Below are positions 14,876-27,600 of a stretch of DNA of 64,000 bases, one piece after another (positions within the stretch are counted from its first letter, which is position 1; each line of letters starts with the position of its first letter). The notes under the pieces were generated by a model, which saw only the letters and a list, made by a program, of their open reading frames with translations, was not told the DNA's origin and did no database searches. The DNA lies in the NCBI GenBank assembly GCA_012295275.1, contig CM022671.1:10664001-10728000 (forward strand), given 5' to 3'. The DNA is from Chrysomallon squamiferum. Lineage: Eukaryota; Animalia; Mollusca. A program made the position numbers and the translations under genes.

Positions 14876-15403
14876 GAACCTGCATCAAATGTTTTCATTC
14901 TGTCATTTGTGTTTCAGATTTTGATGTATTAGTTTATATTTATTCATTTTTAACATCACAATTTTATTTATTTATTTTGTTATTATTTTAAATTAGTTTT
15001 ATTTAAACACTGCTGTCACTCTCTATTTGACTATTTGAAGATGTTAATGATATTAGTGATAAAGTGATAAATAATATAAGCATCAATGCACAATGAAAAA
15101 TGAAATTGCAGTCTGCACTTGTTTCAAAGGATCTAGATTGTGGTGTGATGGATTTAAGTGTATAAAAGGTTAATGCAAATATGTTATAACATTTTTTTAT
15201 TTATCGTTAATAATCATTTTTATCTGTAAAATATTTTTAAATTGATTATAATGTGAAATTATTTATGGCACCAAAAGTTATTTGTAGAAATGGAGAATAT
15301 ATTGTTTGATAATTTTTTTAAAATTCTTGAAAGGTTAATATAAGCAAATGAATGAATGTTTATTTTTGCATGTAAGAACAGGTTGTCTCTGTTTCTTTTG
15401 CAG

Positions 15404-16692
15404 ATTATTCAGTTTACTTTAGAGTGTATAAAGAAAAGTTCACTTTTGAAAAGGGACAGGCTCAGTGTCTTATTCAAGGAGGTCATTTGACTACATTTTT
15501 TACATCTGAAGAATATAACCAATTTTCAGAGGAGCTAACACAAAGTGGAGTTGACAACCAATATTATCACATTGGTAATATTTCTGATTTGGTAACAGAA
15601 AATATATTTGGCACCTACTGAACACTAATAGTTGTTAAGCATATATTTACATAGTTACATTTATTTTTGCATGTTTATTTCATTTCATTTTTTAAAAATA
15701 TCCTCAGAATTTAGCAATAGTTTAAGATGTTTTATTTTAAAGGTAATGCGGGTGTGGATTTGGATAACAGCTTCTTTAAATCCATTGATGGATCATATAA
15801 AACTATTATTCCTAATTTGGACAGACTAAAGGCACCAGGTTCAACAGTTGTAATTGGTAAACAAAACAGAAGTGTGATTTGGAATGCTGTTATTGACAGA
15901 TAAGAATACTACATAAGCTGTCGTATTTCAAGTAAGTATGTCACCTTTTACAGATTTATTAACCTTTTGTTTGTACTCCTGAACAAGTTTGTAACTAAAA
16001 TGAAGTTTTCTGAAAAGCTGCTGATTTGGGAGTACAAGAATGACTCAAATTTTATTTTCAATGATGATTTCACATACTTACATTATTAGCAAAATTTGGT
16101 GTTCATATAACTTTAAGTTCTGTAATAAAATATAAAAGGTTAGTTATGTGTGTAATCAAATCCAATAAAATTAAATAAGAAATGACAGCCGAAAGATGTA
16201 CCTTCCAGAAGACAGGAAAAAAACGTAAATAAAATAAATAAAATGAGAATAAAATATAAAAATCCAAAATTAATATATGACAAGGCTTGATTTGGTAGAA
16301 TATTCCTTGCATTTTCAATGACAAGTTAACTGATCTTATCCGTCATTCTGTCCACCCAAGTTTTGATGGCATCACTAGCTGTTTCTTTTTTAAAGGCATA
16401 ATTTTTATTACAGCATTTATATAATAATAATAATGTGTTTGTGTGTGTGTATATATATTTGTTTTTCATTATGTTCCACAGAGGATGGTTCTTACTTATT
16501 CACTGGTTATCATGATGTTCATGATGATCAGTTCTCCTCATCATCTTGTACTACTCGAACATCTCTGCCTTCAAGTTTAGCATTTGGTCCAGCAATAAGT
16601 CGGCATGGTTCTAAGATGTTTGTAAAAACTGTCGCTGGATTTCTGTTTGGAGCTTACTGGAATCCTGATGCTCATACTAACACATTTTTGAG
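15404..16692 (+). pseudogene. C-type lectin-like + F5/8 type C (discoidin)-like gene fragment, left copy with in-frame TAA
   Basis: Phase-1 exons 15404-15574 (FTFEKGQAQCLIQGGHLTTFFTSEEYNQF...YYHIG), 15743-15931 (FFKSIDGS...WNAVIDR*EYYISC; TAA at 15901-15903) and 16482-~16692 (VHDDQFSSSS...FGPAISR...GAYWNP...TFL). Domain calls are by motif recognition only. Confidence 0.65.
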
Positions 16693-18548
16693 GCAATTAT
16701 TATTTTGTAATGTATTTCATTTCATTGTGTACACAATTTTTATTATTTCTGAAATTGCTATCTTAATTTTAAATAGTTTCTAGTTGTCTGGAAAATATTT
16801 AAGACATAATAAGAGATGAAAACTTTGCAAATTCAGAAAATTAAATGGAAATCAGCTAAAACAATTTTCTTTTCATTAAACCAATACATTATAAAACCAT
16901 TTGATTAAAGCAATGCAATGTATACATGAGTGTTTCTATGTGTTTATGTATAAACGTGTATTCAAAAATAAAAAAAAGTATAAACATCCAGAGTCCAAAT
17001 CACAATGCATCTTTTAGTTTTACTACGATTCAAGTAGTATTTATAAAGGTAGTCCTATAAATTATAGATAAATTAAAATTGTAAATAACATGTTCAGTAA
17101 CTATGGAATGTCTGAATACCATTTGTCTAACAAATGTGACATCATCACATTTCTTGAATATTTATTTGGATGTGCCAATACTGAATCCTTCAAATGCTTA
17201 AGAGTAACTTTTGTTTCTGTTATTCAAATTCAAAATTACTGAAGTTGAATATTTGTTTTAGTAAAATATTACACATGATTTTAAACATATTATATTCACA
17301 TCAAAGAAACCTTCAATATGTTCATATAAACAGCATTTCCAGTATGTACATTTTTGCACAATAACTATGTTGCAGGGCTTAAAAGAATAATTTTAATTAT
17401 TTTGTTTATTATTTTAATAACAGTATGTTACCTGAAATAAAAACTTGTTTAATCTCAAGCTTGTGATTTATTAATATAATCACAAAAAATAATGGATAAT
17501 TGATTATTCTTCAGAGAAGCTGTTTTTCATATATATCTATGTTTAATCCAGCATAGTTAGTTTGTTTTCTCTTTGTTTAATTTGGAAAAAATTACTCATT
17601 TCAAAATGTGGCAAAGCTTTTACTAGCAAGAGAGGCCTGGCTACAATTGTTAATATTTTATTTATTTTTTTAACTTGGCTTCCATTCTTGGTCTAACAGT
17701 AAAAGTACCTTTTTGTTCTAGAGCTTAATCTATTTCCTGTCACTATATATAATTAAATACAATTTAAAAACTGTAATTTCCTTCCCAACTGTTATGGTGT
17801 AGCCTTATTTGATAATTCTAAAACAAATGAACTATCAAGCATAATTGAAAAGAAGATATTCCATATGCATTAATTAATTTATTAAAATAGATAAAAGGAA
17901 GACAAATAACATTCATGTTTAGTAACTATAAATTTGTTTATATTATGTTCTCTGTATGACATTGTTGAATCAAAGTGAATAAATATGATGAAAACATGTT
18001 TGTACATATTTATTGTATTAATTAAATATTGGCCTTCAGACATTCACTTTTTAAAATGGTGCTGAAATTTTATTAATTTCTTTTTATACTACATGACTGA
18101 GTACAGTTATGGCACCTAATATATACAATAAGAATAAAAATTATAAAATGTTATTTATTATTTATTTTTTTTTACATTTTTTGCAGGGTTAAATCATAAT
18201 TAAATGACTTTTTGGTTTTGTTTTAGGTTACTCTGTCAAAAATACATAGCGCATTATAAAAACATTTTATAACTCTGTGCCTTGCTTGTTCATTATTAGT
18301 TTTGTCAGTTTAATATATCGTAAATAAACATTAATGAAATGAAGAGGTTTGACTTGTACAAAAATAACAACAAATGTACTTCATTAGGCTTAAACACAAT
18401 TGAAACCCTTTAAGAATGTTATTTTATAAATAAGCCTATATATCTGGTCTCAAATATATGTATATGTATTATTGATTTTTTTTACATTTTAATAATCACA
18501 GTTCAATACTGATAAATACTGAATAGGCAGATGGATAGACATAACATA

Positions 18549-18549
18549 A

Positions 18550-18584
<35 letters not shown>

Positions 18585-18623
18585 TATAGACAGATATATA
18601 TATATTGATAGATGTATAGATAT

Positions 18624-18670
<47 letters not shown>
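18549..18670 (+). repeat. (GATA)n microsatellite, interrupted (mirror at about 37618-37718)
   Basis: Seen directly. Confidence 0.97.
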
Positions 18671-18673
<3 letters not shown>

Positions 18674-19654
18674 AAGAAAAAAAAAAAAAAAAAAAAAATA
18701 CATTGATTTCACAAAAAAAAGAGAGACTATATATATATAATCTGTTTGATAGACTATACGTATATGTGCATGCATTTATATATTACATAAATATATACAC
18801 ATTCCCATCCACACCTGCATATATATACTTCATCATAACTTGCTGATTTATCATTTAATTTTAATAAAGATCTCTATTAATTAACTACCTAAACTTATTT
18901 CAGTTTCTGGTTGATCAGTATATTCTTTTCCTTAAATAAATAATAAGATAACATCCAGTACAAACGGCAAGCAATGACATTCTTGTCGGATACACCTCCG
19001 AACTCAATTATTAACGCTGATAATAAACCACTTGTATTATAAAATTATTTCTAATTTTACTGTGTGACCTTGACATCAGAATGTTTAAAATTTAGTTTTG
19101 AGGCTGTTGGAGATAATTTAATCAGTTAATCAATTTTAATAGTTTCTGTGCAAGTCACTAAAGTTAATTATTTATTTATCATTTTATGTATTTATTATTA
19201 TTCATTTATTCAAATTATTGTGTTTACCTTTTTTATTATTCATTTTTTTTACGCGAATGAAATGTATTAATATTCAAATAGAAGATATGACCAATAACAA
19301 AGTTTTCTCAGGTGATCAAGATATGCAAAAATATTTAATATACTTTCATTTCAACCGCTAGACTGAAGAGAGAGTATATAATGATAATATAATAATACTC
19401 AGAATTTAGCGCTCAAACGCTCACCTTTCGTTTGTCTTGGGTTTCCTTGCAGAACTAAGTGCGTACCAACAAATACTGGAAAGTAGTGAAACTACCGTAA
19501 GAACTGTGCTACAATATTTTGTTTTACTGCTAACAGCTTGCTTCACAAATATGTCAGATCAACTAGCTTTTCAGATTCTGACACTGATCTGACAGGTGTA
19601 CACGTAACTAGATCTGTTCTAAATGAAATTAGTTTAATGAGCTGCTGCAATCTA

Positions 19655-19656
<2 letters not shown>

Positions 19657-19712
<56 letters not shown>

Positions 19713-19762
19713 CAAACAAACAAACAAACAAACAAACAAACAAATAAATAAATAAATAAAAT
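19657..19762 (+). repeat. Compound (AAT)n(AAAC)n(AAAT)n microsatellite (mirror at about 36527-36640)
   Basis: Seen directly. Confidence 0.97.
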
Positions 19763-20077
19763 AAGTAAATTAAATAAAAATAAAAACAATACAAACAAAT
19801 GCATATTTCTATAATGGTATAGGTTTAAATTTTCTTGTGTATTGGGTCAAAATGTTTTGAAAGTAATTACTGCTACTACTACTACTGTTGTTATTATTAA
19901 CATATACACTGTGTACTGTGTGAAGTCACATAGAATTAATATAATTATATTTAGCCCAACCCTAATCTGTTTATTTACCAGGTAAAGAAAATTAAATTTA
20001 GTTTATTATCTTTAAAATTAGTTTACAGCCTTTAAAATCGAAACCTTATTTTATATTCTTTTGCATGTTTCTATTCA

Positions 20078-20166
20078 ATTTTCCCCGCCAAACAGTTGAT
20101 TGGTCAATCCAGAATTTGTCCCCGGCGACGGCTCTTGTAAGCGATTGGTTGAATGCTAGTCACGTG
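20078..20166 (+). promoter_or_regulatory. Candidate CDC14 promoter: E2F-like site, two reverse CCAAT boxes, E-box
   Basis: ttttccccgccaaa (about 20079-20092), ATTGG at 20099 and 20144, and CACGTG at 20161, in a CpG-enriched stretch about 250-330 bp upstream of the ATG. Confidence 0.55.
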
Positions 20167-20414
20167 TAAGTGTTTATCATTTCTATCTGATTAAACTAGA
20201 TGCCAAAACAGTTTTACGTATATTTCACAATATTTATAAGCGGAAAGCATTATTATTACTACAGCTAAAGTAATTTATAATTCGTTGATTCCTGTTGATT
20301 CCTGCTGCTAAGGTTCCAGGTTTAAGACTTCAGTAAGCTGGACAATAAATAAGCATACCTGCGTAGCAAAACGGACCATAGAAATCGCAGCTTCGCTGTA
20401 TTGACAAAGTCGTA

Positions 20415-20454
20415 ATGACTACAAGAGCTAAGACCGCCTGTGAATTTATTCCAG
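20415..20454 (+). CDS. CDC14: CDC14 exon 1 ([13 protein letters not shown])
   Basis: ATG in a CpG-rich region; the ACEF motif is typical of the CDC14 N-terminus; donor CAG|gtaaat, phase 1. Confidence 0.85.
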
Positions 20455-21103
20455 GTAAATTTCGATCAATATTGACTATCACTGAATCGATCTCATTTAC
20501 ATCATTTTAAAGCGTTGCCAAGACTAAGGCGTCAAAGTTAAGTATTAAAATAAAAAAAATTCACACGATCATACTCATTGCCCCATTTTTTTATTCTTTA
20601 AAAAAACATAACAACCCCCACCCCCCAAAAAAAAGTAATAAAGAAATAATGGATAATCCTCTTGGCAACGTAGCTTTTACTAACTTTTATTATTATTACT
20701 TTTTCAATACTGCTAGTGATAAAACTGTGAATAATTGTTTTCTACGATAACACAGCCAGCCATACTCCTGTTGTAACCGGTGTTTATGCAAAAACGGTTC
20801 TATGCAATCCAAACAAATCTAGTGAGCCACGTCGATCTATTTTTCGGAAAAAGTATATGTATCTTTATTTATTTATTTTTGTATTATAAACAAAACGTAT
20901 GCAAATTAAAAGTTACATATTTTTCCAAAAATAGATCGGTGTCGTTCACTAGACTTGTTTTCAGTAACATTTTTGTTTTGCATGTAGTACATGATGTACA
21001 CCGCTAATCGCGACAGCACAGCTAGCTGCCTCTGTTATCGTTGGCGTAATTGGTCGACTTGTCGAGTTGGACAAGAAAAAACCAGTTTTTACAGTTATAA
21101 ATG

Positions 21104-21135
<32 letters not shown>

Positions 21136-24100
21136 ATTTAAATTAATTTAATTTTTAAAGAATTACTTAACCTTAATAACGACAGTAAATTATTATTTGT
21201 GTTTATGTCGGTTTGGTCCGCGTTTTTAAGGTAAGGTAAATGCTAGTGTTTTATATAAATTTATAATGTTGAGTAAAAATATACATCCGACTTTTCATAG
21301 ATTCGTTGACTCATTGTTTTCAGAGTAAGTGCTGTTTGCCAGAAAGTGTAACAGGCGACTAAACTATTAATAATGTCAGTGCTGACTGGATGATTGTGTG
21401 TTCTTTGTTAAGCATTATTAAATATGTTTTTTCAAACCATTTATGACAGCCATGGAAGTAAACCGATGCCATCTCAGATCATTGTTTTCACAGAGGTTGT
21501 AATCAGTCATACTAAATATCTGACCTTGTTGACTTCTCTACATACATGTACTAACGATTCTAGGAAAATAAGTCACAAATATTTAATTAAGAAAAATATT
21601 AGAAATGAAAGATTGATTAAACACATTTTGTCAGAGGTCTTCGATTTTAATGTTAATGGTGTAGGCAGATACCAATACCACAAAGAAATTCTGCCAATTG
21701 CAACTAGATCTTTTGACGTATTTCAACCACTACTTTGTTTTGCGAGTTGCATGTTTGGTATATAACAGATTTTGTTATCACCCTTTTGCTATGAATAACT
21801 TCCATATTAAAAATACTTCTGATAGTAGAGCAGTCTGGAGACTATAGAGTGAAACACATTTTAACCTGGGATATTTTATAAATCATTTACAATAGGAAGC
21901 CCTCAATTTAAATATATCCTAATCCTGCCTGATCCTAATTAATAAGTGTAACAAGTCACTACCCTTGCACAATATGAAGCCCCTTTCTTTAATCTAACCT
22001 AATCAATAAGCTTAACAATTACTCCATGCATACTATGATGCCACATTCAATACACTACAAATCCATACATTTTGTGACTTTTTCCTGTGATTTGTTTTCA
22101 TGTAGATACTAAATTGTGACTTCATTCTGTGACTTTTTTCCAGCCACTGTATTAAGAAAGAAAACACTAACTGACAATTATTTCAATTATAGGAATGGCA
22201 AAAAAAAAAAAAAAAAAAAAAAAAATAATAATAATAATAACAATAATGAAAACTGAAAGTCTGATAAATAAACATGCTTTTGAAGACTAAGGTTGGTAGC
22301 AAAGATTTTAAATCAGTCACAGACAGGAAAAAAAAAAAAAATTCCTCCACAACTAATTTAAAGTCTTCTTTCCCCTTCTTTAAATAAGATTGAAAATAAG
22401 TTGAATGACAATAAATTGTTTTACAAATTATTTAATAAAAAATCTACATTCTGATACATTAAAGGTCCATTACTTTTGTGTTCACTCTTATGATTAGTTG
22501 TATTTAAAAAACAGAATTTTTGAACATGTACTGTAAAAATAGTTTAATAACTTATAATTACTACATACTTTGTATCAAATTATGTGCAGTGCCTTTTCCT
22601 TTTCTTTTTTTAAATCTTTTTTCAGAGTCTGGGTAGAGAAACAATATAAGATATAACTTATATTTTACAGGACATTTGTATTTTGTAAGCTTAAAGAGGA
22701 AGCCAAAGCCAACCTCTGAGATTTATTATTTTTCAACAGATAATGAGTACATATATGATAAGTAAGTATAAATTTATGATCTGATTCAATAATGTAGAGT
22801 GTTTTCTCTCTGTATAGTGCAGGTTATTGTTTAGAAGTAGAAACTGATCATTTAAAGGATTTGAAGATGGAATTTTAAAAAGTTCATTTCATTGTCAGAT
22901 AAAGTCTTAATTATAATATTTAAAAGCTTGGTATCATAATTGTATATCATAAAGCCAGATAATATTTATTTCAACATTTGTTTCAGGCAAATTTTAAATT
23001 GATGTGTCGAATTGAAATTTATTTGTTTTTACATTTTTTTAAATTTGTTACTGACTAATTTAGAATTTTGATCTATTGTTAAAAATAGACTGTCATTTAT
23101 TAATTAAAAATAAAGATTATTGTCCGTAAATAAACACAGCGAATATATCGAGACTAATTGTTAGGATGGGAAACCAAAAAGACATGATAAGCTTTTCTTG
23201 TACGGTTTGCCAAAAATCTGACAGATCTTTAGAAAATCTGACTCAAATGCAATTTTCTTCAGGATCACACATTATATAATATTTCTACAATTACATCCAA
23301 AAACTGATGATGAAATTAATTAAATATTTGAAATAGAAGCATGTTCTGTGTATAGAATATTTGCACAACAAAGGTTTTTTTCAAAGGATTAGATTAATGA
23401 TCAGTATGTAAAATTCTGTGTTTAAACAAGATTTGATCCCAAATTTACTAATAATGATTTACCACCTTTTGTATTTGAATTGTTTGCATATTATTATTAT
23501 TTCATTACTTTGTTTCAGGATCAACTCAGACTTTGGGCCTCTGAATTTAGGACATGTTTACCGATTTTGTGAACGGATGCAGGAATTATTGTCTGTAAGA
23601 ATTTACTGAATTGAGAACAAACCAAGATAATCACATGATCTTTACTCAGAATTACAAATCTTTACACACTCTTTGAGTGGATCAGTGCTGATAATTTGTT
23701 GCTTCCATGCAGACTGGGTTTATACCAACTGTAATAGGCTTTTGTAATGGAAATTTTTAATAAAGTTCAGCATCATAAATTAACTTTGAGGAAAGAATAT
23801 GAATAACTTTTCTCTCAGTTTTCAGTTTTGAAGTAAATTTAAACCTTAATTATGTACACGTTACTTTACTACTTGTATACTCCTTGTTTTTCATAATGAA
23901 AAAAATGTATAGCTTTAAATGTTAAAAATAATTCTATATTGCCATTAGAAATAACAGAGTTTTATTGACATAGAGATAATTTGCTATCATTCAAAAATTA
24001 AAGTTTTTTTTGTATTTCTGTTAACGCTGTAAATGATTACTACTTTAGAGGGAAATATACATTTATATTTAGGATGTTTTAAAAATGTAAAATAAAAATA

Positions 24101-24620
24101 ATTTAATAATCACAACACTTAATAGTTCATTTTTTTGTTTTCAGTGTTTGTCATTGGCAAACAAAAAAATTGTATATTACACCAGATATAATGCAAAAAA
24201 ACGTGCCAATGCAGCCTTCTTGATTGGCTGTTATGCTGTAAGTATATATCTAGTTTGAACTAAGATACTGTTAATAATGTAAATTGTATTCAGATATACG
24301 TTTGATACAAATGCAAACCTTATGACAATTCAATCATAATTTATGAATGGAAAAATGTAATGAATGTAATGCAGATTTTGACTGATATTTAAATAAAGAG
24401 GGAAAAAAAGAGTCGCCATTTCCTGAGCTTAAATTAAAACCTTTTATGTTGAATATTTTCCATTTTCAGACTCTATATTTGAATAAAACACCAGAAGAAG
24501 CCTACGACATGCTTGTTGCAGCAGCAGATCAGCCATTCCGGCCATTCAGGTAAGACATACTTTGTCGATCAATCGTTTATATATTCATATACTTATCTTG
24601 GATTTTAGTGTATACGTTTG

Positions 24621-24672
<52 letters not shown>

Positions 24673-27600
24673 CTGTTTACAAGTTACATTGATCACTTGT
24701 AAATGCTAATTACTTTTCTTCATAATTGTTTTCAAACATGATGTGACCTTGATAGGATGTAATGTAACTGACACAGAAACTGCCAAAGCTGAATTACTAG
24801 CTCAATATTGATTTCCTGTATTGAGCTGTCTTAATAAATAGTGAACTTTTTCATTCAAACAATTATGTAATTATATTTGCAAATTAAATTAATAACTGCA
24901 CTGATGATATGCATGTCATTTATATTTACCCAATATTTTGTTATTATTATATATTTTTGGAACTACATAAATTAGAATGCACATGTACATTAATTTCATT
25001 GAGGGGAAAGTTTATTGCTTTCTAAAGTCACTTTTGTTTTTCTTCTTCATGGTACGTTCTTCAAAACACTCGATTATAACTGTTGTCCGCCTTGACTTTC
25101 ATAAAAAGTTCAGTGTGGTTGTACACTGACTCGGGCTTATTTTCTTATTCTGTGTCTTGTAGTTACAAAACAAAATGGTTGGGTGATTTAAAATCAAGCT
25201 TTTCTGTTTGTGTGGCTTTCTTATTATAATTTAAAAAATTTTAAATAACAAAAATCAAATAATTCCACTTGATTGAAAACAAAGCTGTGCTTAACATATG
25301 TATTCAACATTATCATAACTTTTAATATAACTGCCATAAAATCAAACAAAATGTATTTTTTTCCCCCACATTTAACATTGTTTCAGTAAAAGTAACTGTG
25401 TTTTTAGAATAAACAACCCCAGCAAACATCTGACTAAAACAGTAGACAAAATAATTGTATTATTGATACTTTCCATCTCTGGATTTCAAAAGGTCATAAA
25501 AAGTTTCTGTACATAGATCTTGAAAAAAAGAATAGCTGTGAAGAATTAAAAACTATGCAGTAATGTAACCAGTATTATAATTTTATTTTATTATTTTCCA
25601 GGGATGCTGCATTTGGAGGTTGCTCGTATTTTCTTACCTTGCTGGATTGCTTCAAAGCAATTAAAAAAGTAAATGTTACACCTGAAAATACCTCGTTATA
25701 ACAGACTTAAATTTTATTATGAAATAAATTGGCATATCTTTTTTTTAAATCTATTATCTCACCAGAATTTAATTTTGTTTAAAATTATCAGTTAAATAGA
25801 ATATAAAAAAAAATAAAACTCAAATCAATTAAAAACTGTTGTGATAAAGTTGTGTGATAGTACATTGATTTAAACTTACACTGGATAACTATTTGACTAA
25901 ATAGGTTCTGCAAGTTTTAGTGCAGATATTTTTCTTAAACACTAATAAATTACAACAGAGAAGTGAAGTGTTTTGCAGTATGGAAAATTATGGGTTTTAT
26001 TTTTGTAGTGATAAAACTTCTTGAACGCTAGAAGTGAGTTTCTTAATTGTTTTTGTATGTGTGTTGTTGTTATTGTTATTGTTATTATTATTATTGTTGT
26101 TATTGTTGTTATTATTATTATTATTATTATATTGCTAGGCACAGGACAATGGATTTTTCGATTTCCGTAACTTCAACATCTCGAAGTACGAATTTTACGA
26201 TGTACGTATCCATAAAAAATATAACTTATTGAATCTATTTCAGTCTAAACAATTATACTTTAATAAGTAATATCAGTGATGTATTTTTTTACAAGTCAAA
26301 AGATTGAGTTAAAGATGTAAATATTTAACATTCTGGTAACATCGTGTAGATAATATTTAAGTAAACTCTTGTTACTCAGTGTAATATTAATAGTTGATGG
26401 GAGAGAGAGGAAACATGTTGCTACCACCCAGTGAGCAACCATTATCACTACAACAATCTTTAAAAGTAAATAGCCCAAAACAGTGAGGGACAGAGCCATT
26501 TTATTAAATATATGCACTTTACATATTATTTTAAGATTAAGAAGAAAAACCACATAGATCCATAAAACATTCTGAGCAAACACTCACCTTTTTTATATAT
26601 TTTTGTTTATTTTCAGCATGTTAGATCATTTATATAATATGTAATGGGGTAAAAAATAAAGTATCTTATTCTTAGACATTAAAGAACATTGTAAATAACA
26701 TTCCTTGGTGAATTTAGGCTTTTAAAGCCCTATATCTGGAAATGTATTTTCTATGGGATTAAACTGGATGTAAAACATCAGTCCTATATATAATTAGACT
26801 CTTTTTGTTTTTTACAGAAAGTTGACAATGGAGATTTGCATTGGGTGATCCCAAACAAGTTTTTAGCCTTTTCTGGGCCTCGTCGTACAACAGAAGTCGA
26901 CAAAAATGGTATGAAATAATAAGGCATAATTTAAAGTTCCAACATCATAGTTCATGTTCATATTTCTAATACTAACATCATTGCGTGTTATTTTTGTTTT
27001 GTGAAATGCCAGCCAGAAATATTTATTTATTTGTTTATTTTGTCAAACAATTTAGTATTGTTAAAAAAATTAGAAATTAATTTAAATTTATTTTTGACAA
27101 GTGAAGAATAATGCAGCCATCAAAGAAAACTTACACCTGTGAAAACAATGTCTCTCTGCAAACATCAGTCAAAACACAGATATACATATAAATTCATGCC
27201 AGTCTATTAGTTTTTGTTTTCTAAGTTGATTGTTGAAATATTTACTAGTTAAATTTCAAATGCTTAGTTTTCTTTTAATTTTTGTTGATGTTGGTTTTGA
27301 AATTTTTGCTTCTATCAACTTAAAATAATTTGTTCCTTTGTTGTATTGTTTGAGACTTTTAAAATTGTGTTGAAATCATTACTTCTACATTAGTTCTTTT
27401 TCTTCCTTTTTATTAATTATGTGTCAAATATTCATTAAAAATCTTTTCTAATTTCTTAGTATTTTAATGCAGTAATTATTATTTCTGTGTATCAAAAACA
27501 ACACATGAATAATTTAGATGAATGTATTTAAACTAAAATTACAGTAAATTAAAAGTGATAGTGTTAGAAAACAGTTTTTGATCTAATTTGATTTATAACT

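Noticed and set aside
21321-21330. cag-A-gtaagt, a possible 1-nt microexon or recursive splice site
   Set aside because: Could occur by chance and would frameshift exon 1-2; there is no transcript evidence.
21424-21765. 113-aa ORF (127 aa in the mirror copy) in CDC14 intron 1
   Set aside because: No recognisable domain; it lies antisense to a decayed MULE-like remnant.
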